A stretch of 52,392 nucleotides of DNA from a virus. Taxonomy: Duplodnaviria > Caudoviricetes. How positions within the stretch are numbered: the first letter of the stretch is position 1; each line of letters begins with the position of its first letter. The notes beneath the pieces were generated by a model that was not told the origin of the DNA, ran no database searches, and saw only the letters and a program-made list of their open reading frames with translations. A program made the translations under genes and the position numbers. The stretch is taken from the IMG/VR virus record IMGVR_UViG_3300037502_000790, positions 1-52,392 of that record, one strand, 5' to 3'. Positions 1 through 9,920 of this stretch are shown piece after piece.

Positions 1-3000
1 GCTACCGTATAGGCAGGGGTTGCATCCCACTTCGAGAAGATGCGGTTGAAGTGTTCTTGTAGAGTGAGTGCGCCAACCACACCGGAGAAGCGGCCACGAC
101 GATAGCGGGTGCCCTCGCCGTCCTCGTCCGTGATGTCATCCAGATCCTTGGCGTTGGTGTCGTCACGCGCCATTACCTCTTTCAGATAGGCGTCGATCGT
201 GTTGTCAGGATTAGCGCCAGCCTCGATTGCAGCCTTGGCAATGTCGTTCAGCTCAGCAGCCTCATGCAGGATAGCCTTGAACTGACCCTCGTCAGCCTTG
301 GCAATCTGAGTGCGGTAGTTCATCCACATCTCAGGCGACAAGTAGCGCAGCTGATCGAGCTGGGAGTACACAGGCGAGCGCATCTTCATGTCGAGGTTGC
401 GCATTGCCTCTCTCACCTGACGGGTGAAGAACTCGTTGTACGCCTCTTGCTCTTCTTTCGTCAGTGCGTCGTTGACCTGACCCTCGAGATCAGGGCGGAC
501 AGCCAGCACATCTGAAATGTCTTGCAGCCAAGCGCGGACAGGATCAGGGAACAGATCGCGGATCATCTGGCGCAAAGGCACCTCGGTGATCGTGTCTGGA
601 TTCCTCATCTCCGACAGGGAGAACTGGTTGAACAGGGCGTTCGGGAACAGAGTTTCCAAACTGCCAGTCGAGAATGAAGCGTTGTCCTTGACGCGGTCGG
701 ACAGGCGCTGCATGTACTTCCTGCGGTTGTTCTTCCAGTTCTCGTAAGCAGTCGTTTCGGTATCACTAAGTGGTACCAAACTCTTGACGGGGACGTTGTC
801 GTAGGCTTTGAGCCACGCTTCACGCGCCATGTACGGACTCATCCCCGACTTCTCGATGTAGCCGTCGAGGGTGTAGTTCGCAGCGATGTTGCCCGACAGG
901 TCGATGAACCGCTTACCAACCTGAACACCAGCTTCGCGCATAGCGTCCAGCAGATGCATCACGCCGATGTCGTTCTCGCGGACAGCCTTGATGGCCTCCT
1001 CGAAGCTCATTTCCTTCTTCGCAACGGCGTCCACAAGGCGGCGAGCCTCGGTGCGCTGCTGGTCATTGAAGTCCAGCTCAGCTTGAATCTCGTTGCTGCC
1101 CGGGAATGTCTCGGGTTCAGCGTTGGTGTCTTTGGCTGGAGGAATCGCGGCGACGGTATCGCGCAGCTGCTCGTCAACAATCTGACCCAGCTCGCCATCA
1201 CGCAGTGCTTTCAGGTCGGACTCGGACTTTGAAACTGTGGCGTTGATCTCAGATTCGGAGAAGCCGTCTCTCGCCATCATATCCCGCACACCAGCAAGCT
1301 GACCCAACTTCCTATCGATGTCTCTGACCAAGGCGCGGACACGACCAGACATAATCTTGGCGTTCTCATCCACCAAGCGGTCAGCCTCAGCTCTTTCTTC
1401 CTCAGCCTTTTGATCGCGCAGCTCGACCTCAGTAGAACCCTCTACGCCATAGACGCCAGAGCGAGCGAGGTTGGTGAACACGCCGCCAGTGTCGTCATCA
1501 AACCAAGACGGATCACGTTCTTTGGCCGCATTCTTTGCCTTTTGGTCAGCGTCCCTTGCCTTGGTTCTTTCCTCGACTAAGCGGGACACGCCAGACATAA
1601 TCTCAGCGACTTGCCCGTCGAACGCGGTGCGAGATCTCGACAGTGGTAGATCGCCCTGAGCATCTTCTGCGAATGCAACCTTACTGCGCTTATCTTCAGT
1701 CTTCTGCAACTGCTCTGCTTCGCGGCTCAGCGCATCCATCGACAGACCAGTGGTCTCACCAACCTGTGCTGAACGGTACAGATCACCTGCTTGCTTGTAC
1801 TTCTTCTCAGCCAGCAGTCGCTTGATCTGCTCCACGGCCTTGTCTGTATCGATCTTCGGCTCGGTCTTGTTGGAGGCGTCGGAAGAACCCAGTAGCTTAG
1901 TGGCTGCGGCCTCATACTCGTCTGCGAGTTGCTTACGCTCAGCCAACACTTCGAGCATCCGAGACCGCTTGTCTTGTGTAGTGGCTGTATCGGCAACACG
2001 CCGCTCAATGCCCTCGACTGATTGGGCGAGCGCAACCATATCGCGGCCAACCTTTGCAAGCTTGCGGCCAGACTCAATCAAATCTGCGCCACGGTTTGGA
2101 TCTGTAGGCAGAAAACCGCCACCATCCGATTCCATTTTCTGACCGCGATCAACCAGTTCATTACCGCGCTGACGCAGTGCTTCAGAGGAAATACCGGCGC
2201 TTTCTGTAGCAACTTTCCGATCGGTTTCTTTCTGAAGGTCGGTGAACTTAACGCCAGTCTTTGCCATCAGCTTGTTGGCGGAGAAGAGTCTCGCGGCCTC
2301 AGGAACCTTGTTCTCAGACAGGAGCGAGCGCACCTGAGCTAGAGTTGCCTTGTCGTCATCGCTCGTGCTCTCGAAGGCGTTGTCGATCGCGCCGTCTTGA
2401 GTGAGGTCGAGGTTAGTCCCGCCTTTGGACTCGTTGACAAACCCAGCCAACATCCGACGCACTTGCTTGATCTCCGTCACATACGGAAGGATCTTTTCAT
2501 CTCTACTGGTCTTCGCGCCGAACTTTGCGATCATGTCATCAATGACCGCGAGGATTTTCTGTAATAGCCTAGGTTGCTTTTGACCAAGTTCTTGCCAGAA
2601 TGCGGGCTCTGTGAACATCGTGCCCATCAGATCCGCAACCATCTCCTCGTCAACCTTGCTGATGTCGTACCCAACTGCCAGCATTTTTGCCGCAAGCTGC
2701 TCACGACCATCCTGACGAACGTAAGATAAGACCTCTTGCTCTAATTGAGCAGCAGCTTCTGGATTGCGGCGGCGTAGCTCGTGATACAACTCATGACCAA
2801 AAATGGACAAGTGTTGATTTTCTTTATCGGCGTTAAGCATTACAACACCGCCAGACAAAGATGAGCCCAAACGAGACTTCAATAAATCATTGTTGCCAGC
2901 GTACCTAAATCCATACACTTGAACGCCAAAGCGCTTAGCTAATTCTCTGATCGTCGGAGCAACAGGGACAGGAATGTAGTCAGCAGGTTTGGCCGTAGGC

Positions 3001-5099
3001 TCTCTGGCTTGATCCCGCTGAGCCATACGCTCACGGACTTGAGCAAACGTCTGGAAGTTGGGATCGATCTTGGGCCGAATGTCTTCACGATCGCCGGGAG
3101 GAAGCCCATCAATCTTTTCAGTAGCTCCTTGCTGCGGATTAGCTATGGCGCCAAAGACTGCTTGAGCCTGCTCTGGGGTAAAGCCACGGCTAATCATCTC
3201 CTGCATCGAGGAGGTGGCGGCGGCGCGTCGAACAGCTTCAGGCATGCTCATGATGTTCTCTGCGCGGCGCTCGTAGCCACGGATCTGAACATCAAGAGGA
3301 GGTTGATTGGGGAACTGAACAGACGGGCCAGCGTTGAGAGTCGCAGGGTCTGGCGTAGCTGGAGGCTTCTCGCGGGAGAACTGACCCTCAGCAATGGCTT
3401 GTCCCTGATCTGCCAGCTCCTGTGCCATCTTCATGCGCTCACGAATAGGCATGAAGTCAGGAGGAGCGTCTAGGTCAGTGCCGCCATCAAATGGAGGGTC
3501 GTTCGGGTTGAAGTCGGTATTGCTGCCGGTCTGATTCAGACGGGTGTTGAAATCCTCGAAGAAGTCAGGATTGTTGTCGATGCGAGAGTTGCCTTCTTTC
3601 AGGAGATTTTCATCCTGAGACAGCTCTGCGAAATTGAGATCGGGGTTGGCAGCTTGTAGACGGGCGCGACCAGCTTCGTCGGAACGAGCCCATGCTGCAG
3701 CCATGTAGGAAGGATTGTTGACAGCCGCACCGTACTCAGCATCAGTCAGCGGAGGACGAGCAGGGGGTTGTTGCGTTTGTTGCGTTTGGTCAGGCGTGTC
3801 TACTGGAGGCGCAGCCGTCTCTGCGGACTTAGTGCCGCGAAGGGCGCTGACACCACCGAAGCCACCACCAGCAATGCCACCAAGAGCGGCACCAGCACCA
3901 GCGGCCTGAGGCACACCCTCGAATAGATCTTGATCAGGCTTGGCGCCGGAGAAGCGCGTACCCACGTTGGTTGCAAACTGAGAACCGCCTTCTTCACCAG
4001 CTTCTTGAGCGCTTTCTTTGAGGATGCCTTTGCCGACTTCGGTTGCGACCTTGCCAACAGTACGTTCGGCCAGCTCTGCACCAGCCTGACCAGTAAGCAC
4101 TTTAGCTTCGAGGGAACCAGCGCCAGAGACTTTGCCAGCGACAAGAGAGATCGCACCAGCCAGCGATGCAGCAACAGCGGAAGCGTCATTAGCCAAGCGC
4201 TCACGGGCTTGCTTGCGACCATCAGGGGTATCCCCAAGCTGTGTCACTAATGCCTGATACTGAGGCGACTGGCTAAGCTCTGCCTCACTCATCGTCATCA
4301 CGTTCTGACGAGCGTCCATACCTGCGGAGCCACCCTCGACTGCAGCGTTCAAACCAAGAACGGTGCGGGTAGCGCTGGTCGTAGCAGCAGCCTGAGCAGC
4401 CTCAGCAGACAGGCCAGCAGTGCTTGCAGCGGAGAATGCTCTGGCAGCAGCAAGGCGAGCCGCACCGGCCACGGTGAGAAGTTGAGGGCCCATCTCGAGC
4501 GCCATCATCCCAGCCAAGCGTGGGTTCGACACCACAGCAGTGAAGCTATCGATGAAGCCGTCTGCCTTCTCTAGCTCTGCGCGTTGTGCCTGAAGTTCAG
4601 CGGAGTCGTTGGCGCCCAGTTCCTTGCGATACCGGTCAATAACCTCTCCGGGGGTCGTGCCGGAGATGTATCTAGCGGCAGCGTCAGGCGCACCCATCGT
4701 CACCAGATTGGCTACTTCGTTGATGCCGCCTATCAGGCCAAGGCCACCCCTAGCAACGGAGCGACCAACGTCTCCAACTAGCGTTCCTTCCCCTTTCGGG
4801 GCGGGGGTAGATGTGGCTTGAGAAGAGTACTGCTCAGTCAGATTAGAAAGGAGTGACGCGACTAGCGGGTCTTCACCTGAGGATTGCTCTGGGGCGGGTT
4901 GAGGAGCAGGCTGGGGTGCGGGTTGAGTAGCAATCGCTGATCTACGCTGCATGTACTCTGCAGCCTCTTGCCCCGGAACATAGTCTCTACCTCTAGCAGA
5001 ACGGTAGAAGTCGCCCGGGTTGTAGCCCCCAGTTGAAATTGCCTGCCCCTTACGGCGGACACCCTTTCCTGCCTCGTCTGCTGTCTGGTAGATCGGCAT
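1..5099 (-). CDS. N-terminal ~1700 aa of giant polyvalent virion/ejection protein (continues across the circular junction at 52392)
   Basis: ATG at 5099 (MPIYQTADEAGKG...). It is absent from the ORF track and no listed ORF ends in this frame, consistent with no stop before position 1. Gly/Ala hydrophobic helices at ~3850-4750; zincin motif GHELYH (2781-2795) followed by EEMVAD. It is the last gene of the ejection cluster. Confidence 0.85.
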   Translation of the reverse strand, partial: MPIYQTADEAGKGVRRKGQAISTGGYNPGDFYRSARGRDYVPGQEAAEYMQRRSAIATQPAPQPAPQPAPEQSSGEDPLVASLLSNLTEQYSSQATSTPAPKGEGTLVGDVGRSVARGGLGLIGGINEVANLVTMGAPDAAARYISGTTPGEVIDRYRKELGANDSAELQAQRAELEKADGFIDSFTAVVSNPRLAGMMALEMGPQLLTVAGAARLAAARAFSAASTAGLSAEAAQAAATTSATRTVLGLNAAVEGGSAGMDARQNVMTMSEAELSQSPQYQALVTQLGDTPDGRKQARERLANDASAVAASLAGAISLVAGKVSGAGSLEAKVLTGQAGAELAERTVGKVATEVGKGILKESAQEAGEEGGSQFATNVGTRFSGAKPDQDLFEGVPQAAGAGAALGGIAGGGFGGVSALRGTKSAETAAPPVDTPDQTQQTQQPPARPPLTDAEYGAAVNNPSYMAAAWARSDEAGRARLQAANPDLNFAELSQDENLLKEGNSRIDNNPDFFEDFNTRLNQTGSNTDFNPNDPPFDGGTDLDAPPDFMPIRERMKMAQELADQGQAIAEGQFSREKPPATPDPATLNAGPSVQFPNQPPLDVQIRGYERRAENIMSMPEAVRRAAATSSMQEMISRGFTPEQAQAVFGAIANPQQGATEKIDGLPPGDREDIRPKIDPNFQTFAQVRERMAQRDQAREPTAKPADYIPVPVAPTIRELAKRFGVQVYGFRYAGNNDLLKSRLGSSLSGGVVMLNADKENQHLSIFGHELYHELRRRNPEAAAQLEQEVLSYVRQDGREQLAAKMLAVGYDISKVDEEMVADLMGTMFTEPAFWQELGQKQPRLLQKILAVIDDMIAKFGAKTSRDEKILPYVTEIKQVRRMLAGFVNESKGGTNLDLTQDGAIDNAFESTSDDDKATLAQVRSLLSENKVPEAARLFSANKLMAKTGVKFTDLQKETDRKVATESAGISSEALRQRGNELVDRGQKMESDGGGFLPTDPNRGADLIESGRKLAKVGRDMVALAQSVEGIERRVADTATTQDKRSRMLEVLAERKQLADEYEAAATKLLGSSDASNKTEPKIDTDKAVEQIKRLLAEKKYKQAGDLYRSAQVGETTGLSMDALSREAEQLQKTEDKRSKVAFAEDAQGDLPLSRSRTAFDGQVAEIMSGVSRLVEERTKARDADQKAKNAAKERDPSWFDDDTGGVFTNLARSGVYGVEGSTEVELRDQKAEEERAEADRLVDENAKIMSGRVRALVRDIDRKLGQLAGVRDMMARDGFSESEINATVSKSESDLKALRDGELGQIVDEQLRDTVAAIPPAKDTNAEPETFPGSNEIQAELDFNDQQRTEARRLVDAVAKKEMSFEEAIKAVRENDIGVMHLLDAMREAGVQVGKRFIDLSGNIAANYTLDGYIEKSGMSPYMAREAWLKAYDNVPVKSLVPLSDTETTAYENWKNNRRKYMQRLSDRVKDNASFSTGSLETLFPNALFNQFSLSEMRNPDTITEVPLRQMIRDLFPDPVRAWLQDISDVLAVRPDLEGQVNDALTKEEQEAYNEFFTRQVREAMRNLDMKMRSPVYSQLDQLRYLSPEMWMNYRTQIAKADEGQFKAILHEAAELNDIAKAAIEAGANPDNTIDAYLKEVMARDDTNAKDLDDITDEDGEGTRYRRGRFSGVVGALTLQEHFNRIFSKWDATPAYTV

Positions 5100-5110
5100 G
5101 TTCTTTCCAA

Positions 5111-6310
5111 TTACTTAGGTTTTTGCTGTGCGTTCTGCTTCGCTTGTCTAACGATCTGCATTGCCATTGCCGCAGCCTCTGGGGCGGACTTCGCCTTGCC
5201 GGACTTGTACAGCGCGTATGCAGTGTTCATCACATTCATCGTGTCTTGCTGGTACTGCTCGATGTTCATCGCGTTCGACGGGTTGCCCATAGCTGCGCGA
5301 GCAGGATCCATAATGATCGTCTCAAGCTCCACGAACATCGGATCCTTCTGGCCTCTACCAGCACGTTCATTCTGGACAAGCTCACGATCCATCGCGCCTT
5401 GGTTGTTCAACAAGGCAATGCCTCGTGCGTTGGCGTTGCTTGCGGCGTTACGAGCGGTGTCGCCCTGCTCTTTGATCTCAGTCTGCTTGAACGCAGCCAT
5501 CGTGTTGGCGTATGCCTCGGAACTCATCGAGGGTAGGATCACATCTCGGAAGCCATCAAACACTTCTTGCTTCTTGCCGTCCTTACCAATTCGGAAACCC
5601 GCAACAGTCGGGCCGAACATGCCCGGCTTCAGTTCGAGCTTGACGTCATCGCCAATCTTGATCTTGCCGTTTTTGTTGAACATCGCTTTGGCGCCAGCTT
5701 CGTCACCAGTGGTGTGGTAGTAGCGCAGAGCCTCGATTGCGCCTTCGCGTTCAGCTTCCTTGCGACGGTTCTTTGCTTCCTTGAGAAGTTCAGGCGTGAC
5801 CTTGCCGTAGCGCAATGCTTCTTCCAGCATGATGTCTGCTGCTCGCATCTCCAGATCAACTGGGTTGAGCGCAGCAATCTGCTTGGCCGAGCCGGGCCTA
5901 AACGTCAGTCCCTTTTGCTGAAGGTCTCGTGTGGCCTGCTCCATTGAAGAGAACCGCATTGGGCCGACTTGCTTGCCACTGGGGTCGATAACATCAAGCT
6001 CCACACCGCCTTGAGAAGCGGCAACCAACTCAGAAAGTCGTTTTGACTGGCTGGCCTGAAAGTCACGGTCGCGCTTCCTCTGGTCAAGATCAAGACCGCC
6101 AGCCTCAATCTGCTGTAGAGTGAGTTGCTTGGTCAGGCCGAACTGCTCGGCGTCTCTTTCCGATCTTGCCTTATCAAGGGCGAAACGAGACTCCTCAAGC
6201 GCCATGCGCTTCTTTTCATTCTCCGCAGCCTGCCTATCTCGCTCTAGTCGCTGCCGCGTGACAATGCCATCAGTAAGACCATCAGCGAATGCCCCGAGTC
6301 CACGTGCCAT
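5111..6310 (-). CDS. Putative internal virion/DNA ejection protein
   Basis: 399-aa helical ORF starting MARGLGAFADGL, coupled to upstream gene, positioned between pilot-like protein and giant protein. Confidence 0.6.
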   Translation of the reverse strand: MARGLGAFADGLTDGIVTRQRLERDRQAAENEKKRMALEESRFALDKARSERDAEQFGLTKQLTLQQIEAGGLDLDQRKRDRDFQASQSKRLSELVAASQGGVELDVIDPSGKQVGPMRFSSMEQATRDLQQKGLTFRPGSAKQIAALNPVDLEMRAADIMLEEALRYGKVTPELLKEAKNRRKEAEREGAIEALRYYHTTGDEAGAKAMFNKNGKIKIGDDVKLELKPGMFGPTVAGFRIGKDGKKQEVFDGFRDVILPSMSSEAYANTMAAFKQTEIKEQGDTARNAASNANARGIALLNNQGAMDRELVQNERAGRGQKDPMFVELETIIMDPARAAMGNPSNAMNIEQYQQDTMNVMNTAYALYKSGKAKSAPEAAAMAMQIVRQAKQNAQQKPK

Positions 6311-7485
6311 TATTTCTTCCCCTTAAGTGCTTTGCGCTTGCGCTGGACAGCAGCTGGCGTGTGAGTCTCTTTGACCAGCCTGTCTAGCTTGCCCTTGCCA
6401 ATCTTTCTGACGGTGTCGGCTGGAAGCACGTACTCGCCGTTCGAGAGCATCGCAGGGATCTTGTCGTCCACAGGACCGCCAGGACCACTCACAGGGCCAG
6501 CGCCAACATGCGCACCATCAGCCAGTCGCAAACCACGATGCACCTCGCCACCGTCCGCAAAGTACTTTCCAAATGCCAGACCAGCGAACTTACCGAAGCC
6601 GCCAAACATATCCGCGTTAGCCTGTTGCTGTGCGTTGTAACCCTGCATACGAGCGTTGAACTCTTGGCCGTAGATATTGCCTGCCGTTCCGTAGCCGCCG
6701 ATCGCCGCTTGATTAGCTGCAGTAGCACCTTGGAAGCCCTGCCCCATGATGCGACCACCCGTTTGGGCAGTGTCTTTTGCGCCTTGGCTTGCATTCAGGG
6801 AGACGCCATAAGCAGTCGATGCATTCGTGGCTAGATTTCTACCAAGACCAGCTGCGTCATACAGCATCGCCATACCCTTGTCTTGCGCCATTGTTCTAGC
6901 TTGGTTCTGTCCGCCAGCACGAGCAAGCGCTTCTTGCGTCAACATCGTTTGGTTCAGCGCAGCAAAGCGGCCTGAGTTCGGCGCAATACCTGCTGCCGCT
7001 AACTGGCGATTCTGCTGGCCACGAGCCACTCCAAAAGCTTGAGATACGTCCGATGCGGCTGCGCGAGCCAACTCTTCTCGTTTGGCTTCGGTGTTGTACT
7101 CCTTGGCGCGCCTAACCAACTCCTCCTCTACCGGGCGGAATGTGCCTTTCTCATAGGCTGAGTAATCATCAGCCCTAGCCTTATTGGCGGCTTGAATATC
7201 TATCTCGCCCTGAAGAAGCTTCGTCAGGGTCGGCTTGAACTCTTCGTACTGCTGCTTGTAAAAGTTCAGCGTATCTGTAGCGATCTTCTCTTGACTAGCA
7301 GCCACAGTCTTCGCAGCTTCAGCTGACGCCATCATCCCGGGGTTGGGGTCAGGCGGACTGCCCTTACCGCCAAAAGCAATGTTGCGTTTCTTCATGACCG
7401 CGAGCTTGCGCTCAATCGGGTCACGAGGGTCATCGCAGACATCCCCGTAGAACTGCATGAAGTCGTCGTATTTGTGTTCGAACAT
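6310..7485 (-). CDS. Putative DNA ejection/pilot protein with C-terminal FADGG...GPGG..D.IPAMLSNGEYV module
   Basis: Ala/Gln/Gly-rich 391 aa, N-terminal FGGKGSPP motif, follows the GNAT gene as in podoviral ejection clusters. Confidence 0.65.
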   Translation of the reverse strand: MFEHKYDDFMQFYGDVCDDPRDPIERKLAVMKKRNIAFGGKGSPPDPNPGMMASAEAAKTVAASQEKIATDTLNFYKQQYEEFKPTLTKLLQGEIDIQAANKARADDYSAYEKGTFRPVEEELVRRAKEYNTEAKREELARAAASDVSQAFGVARGQQNRQLAAAGIAPNSGRFAALNQTMLTQEALARAGGQNQARTMAQDKGMAMLYDAAGLGRNLATNASTAYGVSLNASQGAKDTAQTGGRIMGQGFQGATAANQAAIGGYGTAGNIYGQEFNARMQGYNAQQQANADMFGGFGKFAGLAFGKYFADGGEVHRGLRLADGAHVGAGPVSGPGGPVDDKIPAMLSNGEYVLPADTVRKIGKGKLDRLVKETHTPAAVQRKRKALKGKK

Positions 7486-7496
7486 TCTCTAGTCCT

Positions 7497-7916
7497 TTAG
7501 ATAAAGCGGCATTCTTCTCGCCACATCCGATAGATGATTACGTCGCCGCCGTCTCTCGCCGCGCCCTCGAGCACAGCCTCTGGTTTGAATCCTAGGTGTT
7601 CGTCCAACTGACGAGCCTTGATGTTTGATGCTTCTACCCACCCGCTTACGCGCTTGCACTTGAGTTGATTGAATGGGTAGCCAAAAACCGCTTTAACAAA
7701 CGACTTTGTTGCCCAGTGACCACCATCTATTCCTGCCACATGCATGAAGATATTGTTGGTGCTGTAGCTGTCGTACAGAACTCCGCCCACCAATTCGCCG
7801 TCGCGCTCGATACCAATGCCCTGCATACCCGCAGAGAACACCATCGGCACACCCCGGTCAGTCACAAAACTGAAGACTCGGTCAACGTCGAATATTAGGT
7901 TACTCATGTTAGGCAT
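7497..7916 (-). CDS. GNAT-fold acetyltransferase-like virion assembly protein
   Basis: VFGYPFNQLKCKRVSGWVEASNIKARQLDEHLGFKPEAVL pattern; position after the nozzle gene. Confidence 0.75.
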   Translation of the reverse strand: MPNMSNLIFDVDRVFSFVTDRGVPMVFSAGMQGIGIERDGELVGGVLYDSYSTNNIFMHVAGIDGGHWATKSFVKAVFGYPFNQLKCKRVSGWVEASNIKARQLDEHLGFKPEAVLEGAARDGGDVIIYRMWREECRFI

Positions 7917-8100
7917 TCAGTCTAGCTATTATGCCATTCACTGCGCTGATCACTTCAGGCAAAGTGGCATCGGTGGGTAGCTGCGCAAGCGGCCCTCCAC
8001 GAGCCCCGGTAATGGACTCGATGTTCTCCTTCATGGGGCGCAGTAGGGAGGCAATCCTCTGATCCGCCACATTCACTGCAGGGATGCTTGGCTTCTTCAT
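7909..8100 (-). CDS. Small tail-associated protein
   Basis: 63 aa, overlapping start/stop coupling with both neighbours. Confidence 0.6.
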   Translation of the reverse strand: MKKPSIPAVNVADQRIASLLRPMKENIESITGARGGPLAQLPTDATLPEVISAVNGIIARLNA

Positions 8101-9911
8101 AATGTCGCCAGTTCTTTCACTGTCTCAGCCATCTTGACGTAGCGGCATTCGATGTTGCCGGAGATGCGCACCTCAAAAGCCTGCCCTTTGTAACCCGAGG
8201 GCATCCTGTACACACCCGACTGCGTGTATTGCCCATTGAAAACAAGCTCACCATCGCAGTACACCTCGGTCAACAGGTAGCGATCGTCAACGATACTTGG
8301 TATGTTTTTGAGGATGGAGCCATTCAAGTCTCGCGTATTGAGGACGAACTCATTGAGGGAGCCTTGTAAGTTGCCGGAGGCAGCAAAAAGAGCTTGGTTG
8401 TACGCAATGATCTCCGCAATACGCTCCGCCAGATCTTCCGCCTCCTGCGCATTATCAAAATCCGCATCCAACTCAATGGCGCCAAGATTCACGGGTTTCG
8501 TAAAGATAAATCTTTTGGATAGCCACTCATAAGGCAACCAGTTGTAGATGTCCCCTTCCCACTGCTTGATTACATCGTCTTCAACAATAAACAGGGTGGC
8601 CGTTTCAGGGTCTACGAAGCAGGCGTTGGACTGAATGCTGGTGATTGACAGCGGTGTTGCAGGAAGCGTTCGGTCAAGAATAAAAGCGCCGTCCTTGAGA
8701 TACTCAGTGCCATTCGTGTAGAAACCAAAGTACTTGCCAGCATAGTTTGCACACCGCAGAGTGGCTGGGTTGAACTTCTCAAAGTCGTCCCTCAGCATGA
8801 TGTTCCCTGTGGTGAGGCCAGCTGCGCCGGGTCCAATCACGCAGATACCGTTGGTACTGGCATACACCACGCCACTCGAATCAGAGGCGATGGAGCGCTT
8901 AGCAACACAGGGCTCGAGTTCCGGAATCTTTTCCGGCGACATTGATTCTGGCGTAAGGCCAGTGACGATCTGAGGGAAACCCCTTGTCATCACAGCAACA
9001 GAGGTACCAAAGATCCCAAGTCCCACGATGTCCACGTTTAGCGATAGGCGGTACTCAAGAGGCCAAGCGTGAGGCGCACCTATTTCGGACATGCACAGCT
9101 CTTGCCCCACAAACCCGATCAAGAAGCCGCTGGGGTGTGCAACAAGGCCAGCCAGTTCATCGGGCGGCTCTAACCAAGTAAGCGACTGCAGCTCCTCGCC
9201 TAATGCAGCTGCCGCGACGTTGTCAGAGTAGCTTGTTGTAGCAACTGCGATCTCAGCCACAAACAGAAAGGTAGTTGTTGCTGACCCAGTGACAGAACGA
9301 TAGATTCTGCGCTTGGTGACGTTGTAGTCGCCAGAGGGCGCCGCAGAAAAGCCGCTGACCGTAATCGTGTCCCCAGTTCCACAAAGGACCTCGGCAGAGA
9401 CCGGACTTGGCGCGCTTTCTTCCTCGATGCCGCCAAACTCTTGGATATTGGTGTACACGTAAACGCGGGTCTCCGGCGAGCCGCCAGAACCAACCCTTGC
9501 AACCGTGGGGGCAGCCGTTGGGGCCTTCACGCCCATGTTCAAGTAGTCAGCCGGGGGGTCGCCCTGTGTACTTCCGGCCAAAGTCGAGTTGGTCTTTTTG
9601 GGTGTAGTGTCCCCGGTGTAGTAGATCGACATCGGGTTGGATGAGTCTGTAATTGGATTACGCACCACATCCACATCATCTACCCAAGAAATCCAAAGCG
9701 CGTCCCCTGCTGTGTCCTTGCCTTTGTAAATGCTGATTGTTCCTTCTGGAACATTGAACGCAGGCGAGACCGGAGACGGCTTTCTCCACGCCCTTAAATC
9801 TCCGGCGTATAGCTTGGTGTTGATGGCTCGTTGCGCTTCGTTGTCTTGAAGCAAGTGCGCCGCAACCCGAGGAACGTATCCTCCTTGCGTCATGAGCTTC
9901 AGACCAGCCAT
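8097..9911 (-). CDS. Tail nozzle / tail tubular protein B-like (beta-propeller) structural protein
   Basis: 604 aa, beta-rich, motifs such as SEIGAPHAWP and CVAKRSIA..SGVVYASTNGI; synteny with GNAT and ejection genes. Confidence 0.7.
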   Translation of the reverse strand: MAGLKLMTQGGYVPRVAAHLLQDNEAQRAINTKLYAGDLRAWRKPSPVSPAFNVPEGTISIYKGKDTAGDALWISWVDDVDVVRNPITDSSNPMSIYYTGDTTPKKTNSTLAGSTQGDPPADYLNMGVKAPTAAPTVARVGSGGSPETRVYVYTNIQEFGGIEEESAPSPVSAEVLCGTGDTITVSGFSAAPSGDYNVTKRRIYRSVTGSATTTFLFVAEIAVATTSYSDNVAAAALGEELQSLTWLEPPDELAGLVAHPSGFLIGFVGQELCMSEIGAPHAWPLEYRLSLNVDIVGLGIFGTSVAVMTRGFPQIVTGLTPESMSPEKIPELEPCVAKRSIASDSSGVVYASTNGICVIGPGAAGLTTGNIMLRDDFEKFNPATLRCANYAGKYFGFYTNGTEYLKDGAFILDRTLPATPLSITSIQSNACFVDPETATLFIVEDDVIKQWEGDIYNWLPYEWLSKRFIFTKPVNLGAIELDADFDNAQEAEDLAERIAEIIAYNQALFAASGNLQGSLNEFVLNTRDLNGSILKNIPSIVDDRYLLTEVYCDGELVFNGQYTQSGVYRMPSGYKGQAFEVRISGNIECRYVKMAETVKELATL

Positions 9912-9920
9912 TTACTCCCC

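Noticed and set aside
1-5099. Stop-codon reassignment explaining the apparent lack of genes
   Set aside because: The gap is an edge artefact of an ORF with no stop in the window; all other genes read normally in code 11.
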